From Saprolegnia diclina VS20 (Eukaryota): 64,000 nucleotides of DNA. The position numbers and the translations under genes were made by a program. The notes under the pieces were generated by a model. That model made no database searches. It was not told where the DNA came from and was given only the letters and a program-made list of their open reading frames with translations. Below, in pieces: positions 57,961 through 64,000 of this stretch. The stretch's first letter is position 1, and the number at the start of each line of letters is the position of its first letter. The stretch spans positions 299,087 to 363,086 of the forward strand of contig NW_008246095.1 in the NCBI RefSeq assembly GCF_000281045.1, read 5' to 3'.

Positions 57961-59312
57961 CTACTTTTTCTTCTTTTTGGCTTTGGCTTCGGCTTTCAAG
58001 CGCGCTTCGTCCTCCTTGAGCTTGCGCGCAGCCTCCTTCTCGGCGATTTGCTTTTGGATGCGCGCGTGTTCTTCGCACTTGTGCCGCGCGGCCTCAATCG
58101 CGTCGCGCTCGTACTGGGCGTGGCGCGCGGCGGCGTTGTCGTCGTGCCATTTGGCGATCGTCTCGGCCTTCTCGAGCGCGCACTTGGCGTCGTACTTGGC
58201 ATCCGCGTCGGCCGCGACCTGCTTCTTGAGTGCGTAAACCTTGGCTTGCATCTTGTCGTGGACAAGCCGATTCTCTTCGAGCTGTATCGCAATGACTTCG
58301 AGTTCCTTGTCAGCCATGGCGTTGCAGCCAATGTCTAGTGGATAAAGCCATGAAAGTATGGTATATTGTCTTTCACAATATATGAATTCCATACCGAGCG
58401 CAATCACCGACTCGTTGAAGAGGAGCGCCTTGGAGAGCATCCGACCGGCCTCGACATTGAGCCCACAACGAAAAAAGTTGACCGACCGCAACGTCGTCGT
58501 GTTGCTAAAGACGTTGGAGCAGAGCACTTCAAAGCCCGAGAGGTCCACGGCATTGTCTAGTCCATGACGTTATTTCATCGTGCACTATAGATGGAGGATA
58601 TGTCGTACTGTGGCTCGTGAGCGGGTTGGACTCGAAACTGATGGACGAAAGCACCTTGTTGGCGGCAAGCGCCGGGCCGATCACGAGAAGTGAACTCGCG
58701 TTAAAGTGGTTGGCTCCCAAGTCGAGTGTCTGCAGTGACCGGTTGTGCCGAAGGAGCCCCGCGACGGCCTCAGCCACACTCTCGCCGAGCTCGTTGTTGG
58801 ACAAGTCGAGAGTCAACACCGACTTGTTGGCTTCCATCGCGTGCAGAAAAGCGCGGCACGTGGCGTCATCGATGCCGCGCACCGTGAGACTCGCGTTCGT
58901 CTCGTGGGCGAGCACCTATTCAGCGAGTAGAGTAGCCAAGACTGTTGTCGGTCGAGTACCTGGTCGACAAGGATGCGCATCTTTGGGTTGGCAGCGAGCG
59001 CGGCCGAGTCCTCGGCCACAATCCGCTCGGCGCGCGCCGCCATCTCGTTCTTGTTCTTCTTGCGTCGATAGCGCTCCATGATCTTGGCGTACGCAGTCAT
59101 TTGCGTGTTGAACTCGTCGTCAAACTTGCGCTGAAGAATCACGAGCGTGCTCGGGACGCTCTCGTGCGCAGGAATGCCATACCGCATCATCTAGCAGACC
59201 CTCGGGGAGTATCATTCCTAGCCCATTCATTGTATGGTACCTCGGAGCGAATGTCCTCGATGCTCAAGAGGTTGGCTTCGCGCCGGTGCGGCTCCTCGGG
59301 CAGCAGGTCCAT
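57961..59312 (-). CDS. RNI-like LRR protein with C-terminal charged coiled coil, multi-exon
   Basis: Repeats of about 28 aa (NKSVLTLDLSNNELG, NRSLQTLDLGANHF, NTTLRSVNF) and a K/E/A-rich tail. First exon MDLLPEEP...RSE is followed by a GT-AG intron. Confidence 0.82.
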
Positions 59313-59327
59313 TTGGCCGTTTTCAGA

Positions 59328-61551
59328 ATGGCGCGTCGCTTGGCGCCAAAAACGAAACTCCGAGAGATGCTCTTGCCGCTCATCCCGCCGCCGCCGTCGC
59401 CCCCCCGGGACGAGTCGCCGCCGTGCGAGCCAGTGGTGCTTCCTACGTTGAACTTGCACAGTATGCCATCACCGCGTCCGCTTCCCAAGCGGCAACCGCT
59501 GCCTGCAGCGACGTACGACTATGTGGCACCCATGAAATGCTTGCTTATGCGCAGTGGCTAGCGTTGTGCCCATGACGACGCTACACAAGCGCCACGCGAT
59601 CCCCGACGTGGTGCTCGACGTCGACGACTGCCACAACATGGCGGCCATCGCTGACGCGTTCGCCTCGTCGCTTGTGCGTCCGCTCGGCGCATGCAACCGC
59701 GGCTCATTCCGATGTTAGCACGCGATCAAGACAAGTTTGGCGCGCATCGATGCCACGATGCACATTTTCCAAGACGAGGTCACCAAGATGACACCCACTA
59801 TCGTGACCAGCTGCGTAGATGGCCGACGCCGACGACATGGTGCAGCTCATCCAACTGCGCTGCGCGCACGCCAAGGACATGTTTGCACGCCTTGTGCACG
59901 GCAGTGCAGTTACGATTCAACGCTGTCTGCGCGGGTTCTTTGGGCGATGTACGTTAGTGTCATACGGTTTCCAGGGAAGACTTTTGATTTAGTAGTCTTT
60001 CGACGCTGCATTGCAGACCGGGCGGCCCGCATCATCCAGCGTGTCGTGCGGCACCGTCGCGTGCGGCGTCTCGCGCATTATGTTGTCTTCAAGTCGACCA
60101 TGGTCGTCCTAAGAGTACGACACGAGGTCTCATTTCGATGCAGGCGAACACGATTCTCGGTCTCCGGACATTCAACAAATTTATGCGCGCGCACCCGGGA
60201 ACGGACCCGTCGCTCGTGTACGACCAGATCCGCGCGTCGATCAAGATCCAGCAGCGCTGGCGGTCTGCGTTCCTCTTGGTGCGCGCGCGGCACGCCGAGA
60301 TGGCCGCCGCACAGCACAAGGAGCGGTTGCGCCAGCGCCTCCAGCGGTTTCTCTATACCTTTTCCCTTGTGTACAACATTGTCCGGTACGCCTCGCGTCC
60401 AGGTGGTGCCACGTCATATTAGACGTGTGTAGCTTTTGGCGCCGCGCCACGATTTTTCATTATTTTACCGTCCCAGCCTACAAGATTACGCGCAACAACA
60501 TCCTCTCGGGGCTCCAGCGCTGGCGTCACGTCGCCATGTTCCGCTCGACGCGGCGTCAGGCGGTCTCGTTCCAGGGCTCGGACGCCTTCTCCAAGGCCGC
60601 CAGAGCGATTCACGCCGGCTCGTCGTTTGGCAAAGAGCCCAAGGTGCTGCGTCTACCGTTCCCATACGTTCGTCAAACGGCAATGTCGGACAGGCGTGGT
60701 ACGCGCGACACTCGGTGCGCATGATGGACGATCGCGGCCGGCGCACGTCGACCTTTGCGTCGGTCGTCGAGGCGGCCATTGCGGCGCCGCCCAAGCTGCA
60801 ACTGCAGTCGACGCACCGCACACTGTCGCTGCCCGGCACAATTGGCCTCGGCGAGTGGTCGGGTCAGGACGACAGCCACGACGTTCCGATCGTCGTCACG
60901 ACCACACGGCTCTCGGTGACGACGGTGCCGGCCGAGTTTCACTTGTCGACGCCGCGCACAAAGCCGCCAAAGGACCCGGTCCCCCGGAGCGTCGCCCGCC
61001 AAAAGCAAGTGCAGTTTGCGCAAACACTTCAGGACACCAACAAGCGGCGGCGTCTTGGTATGTATGGGAGACGACAGCGATGCACCAACACTACGTGATA
61101 GCTGTCGCCGCGGCCAAGGCCAAGAAGGAGGCAGCTGCCGACATAGAGCTCCGCGCTCGCCAAGCAAAGACCGACGCCGACAAGGTCCAGCGCTTGGAAC
61201 GCATGAAGCAGCTCGAGGTACTACGAGTCCACCACGGTGCTGCCGTATGCATGCAAGGCGTGTTAGAATGACCTCGAGCAACGCCGCCTAACACGCCTTC
61301 GAGAGCAGCAGCGCAAGCGCGACGACGAGGTTGTCGCTTCTTTGAGTCCGGCAACCTTCATACGACGTGCATAGGCGCGTCTCAAAGCCGACCAAACATC
61401 CAAGATCCAAACGGCCAAGCTAAGAAGCACCGACCACCTCAGTTCCGCCACGCGGGGCATCCAACGCCGGCGCACAAATCCAACTTCGGGATCCAGCGCA
61501 CCCGAGTCGGCAGCAACAGAATCAGAGACGGGCAACCAGCGTGACGACTAA
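59328..61551 (+). CDS. Multi-exon IQ-motif protein with Pro-rich N-terminus and coiled-coil C-terminus
   Basis: AARIIQRVVRHRR, SIKIQQRWRS, a Cys/His cluster WCSSSNC...CLHALC, short GT-AG introns, and stop TAA at 61549-61551. Start could be 59328 or a slightly later ATG. Confidence 0.6.
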
Positions 61552-62097
61552 GGACATGGTATGAAATAGTGTGGGAAGGCAGCCAAGACATGCACGTCAT
61601 TGTCACTCGTCCAGGTCGAAAGGGGTGGGGTTGTTGCAACTTCTGCAGACAATTTCTGATTAAGGGATTTCTAATTCAGAGATTCAAGGATTGGCGCTGT
61701 GCCGATTTATGTCAACAAGTTGACAGCATATCGGTAGAAGCTTCGTTTGAGTTTGAGTTTGGCGAGCCAAATGGGGTTTGGGAGCTCGTGGGACGACATG
61801 TACTGGTTCGCAGAAAGAGAAGCGGGGCCGCGAATCTTGACGGCCCTTTGCAAGCGGCTACTCGGTATCGAACATTAAGAAGAGCCAATCGCTACGCGTC
61901 CAAGCACCGTCCAAGTAGCGTGAAGAACTATTCTCATGCGTCGCAGCCCAATCCAAGCACTGTTAGGCCCATGCATGAGCTGGCAGTCTCTGACGGCGTG
62001 GGATGTCGCGTTGAACTTTGCTTTTCACCCAATCGCACGCGGCGCGCGCGTACCAGCTGCTTCTGATTGGCCCCATTCCTTGCGCGTTACTGATTGG

Positions 62098-63486
62098 ATG
62101 AAATATTTTCAGCGAATCACACGCGAGCTAGCGACGTGGGCGGCCGACGCACAGCTCGGCCATCGCCATTACCTGGCGCACCTCGAAGCTGCGATCTTTG
62201 CACTGTTGAAGCATGGCGAGCCAAGTCGCCGAGAGCTCACGCAGCGTGCAGCTGCCACGCAGCGCGCCGTCGGCCGCGTACACGCCGGTCCTCGTCACCA
62301 TGAGCGAGGAGCTGGTACGACGCCATGACGCTGCCTCGTTTCATGATGCTCAAGTGGCACGGTAGATCCTCATGGTCTTTGGCTACCTCACGCCCGCGTC
62401 GATCCTTACGACGATGTACGCTGCATGTCGTGCGCTCACAACCACAGCTCATGTAGCGTAGGCAGCTCTCCAAGGAGTGGCGCGACATTTGCCGCTCGGA
62501 CCGCCTTTGGTTGCCGCTGGTCCTTCGCCGTTGGCAGCTGCCTCCGCGCATGATGAAGCTGCACCGCTATGGCGTGCACTCGTACTTTGGCCTGTACCGG
62601 CATTTGCACATCTCGGAGCAGAAGCCTCACGGCCTCTACTCGACGGCTGTACGTGTGCTTGCCAATTCGACGCCCGCGCTCATGGCCTCGTTTGTTGGTT
62701 AGGACAAACCGACGTGGGGGCACAGCTACAACGGCGGCGTCGAGACCTGGTAGAGCCAAGTGTCATAGGCGGAAACGTTCATGTATCCTGTGCGTAGGCT
62801 CACGCTCGGGCATCGTGCCGACTGCAAGACGCTCGCGATCGGCGCCAAGACGTACGTCCAGCTCCGCATCATCGTCCAGAACCTCTCGTCGTCGCATGTG
62901 CACATTGACGCTGCGGCCATCCAAGTACACTACAAGGATGGCTCCAAGCGGGCGGCGGTATGTCCCGACATAATCCTCTTCGGTCTTTTTGATGTCCCTG
63001 GCGTGTAGGTGGCTCGCCACCCGATGGCGCATGCCATGCTTCGCATGGAGCCGCGGGTGCTTGCGGCTAATGGCGTCGCGCCGGCCCTCGAAGCGTCGAT
63101 CGTCGAAGGACGTGCGGTGCTTCGGTTCATGGACTATTGCGTCGTGGGCCTCTACGTCGAATGCGACGACGGCTGCGTCTTTGAGTCCGACTTTCTCGAG
63201 CAGTACGAGGAAGTGCGGCCGACGTGTACTCACATGTGGAGCTAGTGCGTTCGCCGTGTGGGTGCCCATGAAGCGGCGCGGCCACTGCAACGACCTCTCA
63301 CGCTGCCGTTGTGCGCTGATTCCCGACCACTACCACCACTTTGGCTCGATCTTGAGCATCGTCGACGAGTCGGTCATCTGGTCGCGCTACTCGGAGTTTG
63401 CTGGCGGCTTTATGGTGCTCAACTGCAAGGACCGCCTCGGCGGTGCTGCAGCCCACGGGTCGCTCCCGACGCGCTACCTTCTCTAG
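62098..63486 (+). CDS. Probable F-box-like protein, multi-exon
   Basis: LSKEWRDICRSDRLWLPLVLRRW resembles an F-box C-terminal half. Coding-like exons continue to the stop at 63486. Confidence 0.55.
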
Positions 63487-64000
63487 TCTTGTCCTCTCTT
63501 CCCTTCTTGATGTAAAGTGTGTGTCGTTGCTTTGCCAAGTGTCTGCACGCCCCATATTTATATGCATGTTCGGGTCGTGACGCCACCTCGGGCAAATGCA
63601 AGGTGAGTTTGAGCGTCTACCCCATAATCCACAGGACGACGACCAAGGAATGCGAGGACCGAACATTCACTTCGTGGTCGACATGTGCTGTGCCAAAATG
63701 CTGAGGAAGACGAAGACCATAAGTTCTGGCCTTGGGAAGACGTGGCGAATCTCCAGGAGAGATCCATGCGACTGGTGGTGCGGCGACACATTCGCGGGCC
63801 TTCGCACGGCCGTCAGATTATACAGTGGGGCATGCAGTCAGTAGTACATCACTGGTGACATAGAGTAAAGACGAGCGACGACCTCGTGGTCAACTCTCGG
63901 TCGTACAAACCGGTGTCCTTAGTGTCATCTTGGCGTCTCTACATGCCGTAAGCTTCGTCTCGTGGTATCTCGTCGCAAGAAGGATCTGTCGTCACGTCGC

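Noticed and set aside
1..64000. CRISPR arrays, rRNA, intact tRNA, transposase/RT/integrase genes
   Set aside because: No repeat-spacer periodicity, cloverleaf with B-box, rRNA signature or mobile-element catalytic motif was found by eye.

Overview
Gene-dense, GC-rich eukaryotic DNA with many short (about 40-70 nt) GT-AG introns, strong C/G third-position bias and Inr/FPR-like core promoters. Gene content (H+-ATPase with a large loop insert, PX-RING protein, BBS1, F-box-like family member) fits an oomycete, probably Saprolegniales; this is inferred, not proven. About 30 genes are supported, including PMA1-type H+-ATPase (5' truncated), MMSDH, an HSF-type factor, RNA polymerase I largest subunit, RPL13, AATF/Bfr2, a class IV aminotransferase, TMEM19, an SDP1/TGL-type lipase, BBS1, a GltP/DctA-type symporter, SEC61-gamma (absent from the ORF track) and a TTD14-like protein. 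There is also one probable pseudogene and a 275-nt assembly gap. No rRNA, intact tRNA, CRISPR array or transposase was seen. The best candidate for a new system is a spliced gene at 28127-30976 (-). It joins a MYND finger, a coiled coil, three intron-bounded WASHC3/CCDC53-type repeats, Pro-rich linkers and a C-terminal domain resembling plant CHUP1, suggesting an unusual actin-assembly factor. Other leads: a divergent paralog pair sharing an unnamed GGHxVP-YWK-IxEE-CxxC domain, a Tudor-like insert in RPA1, a triple-hairpin element beside telomere-like repeats, and a head-to-head gene pair with ATGs 15 nt apart. All family assignments are by-eye motif recognition; no database search was run.
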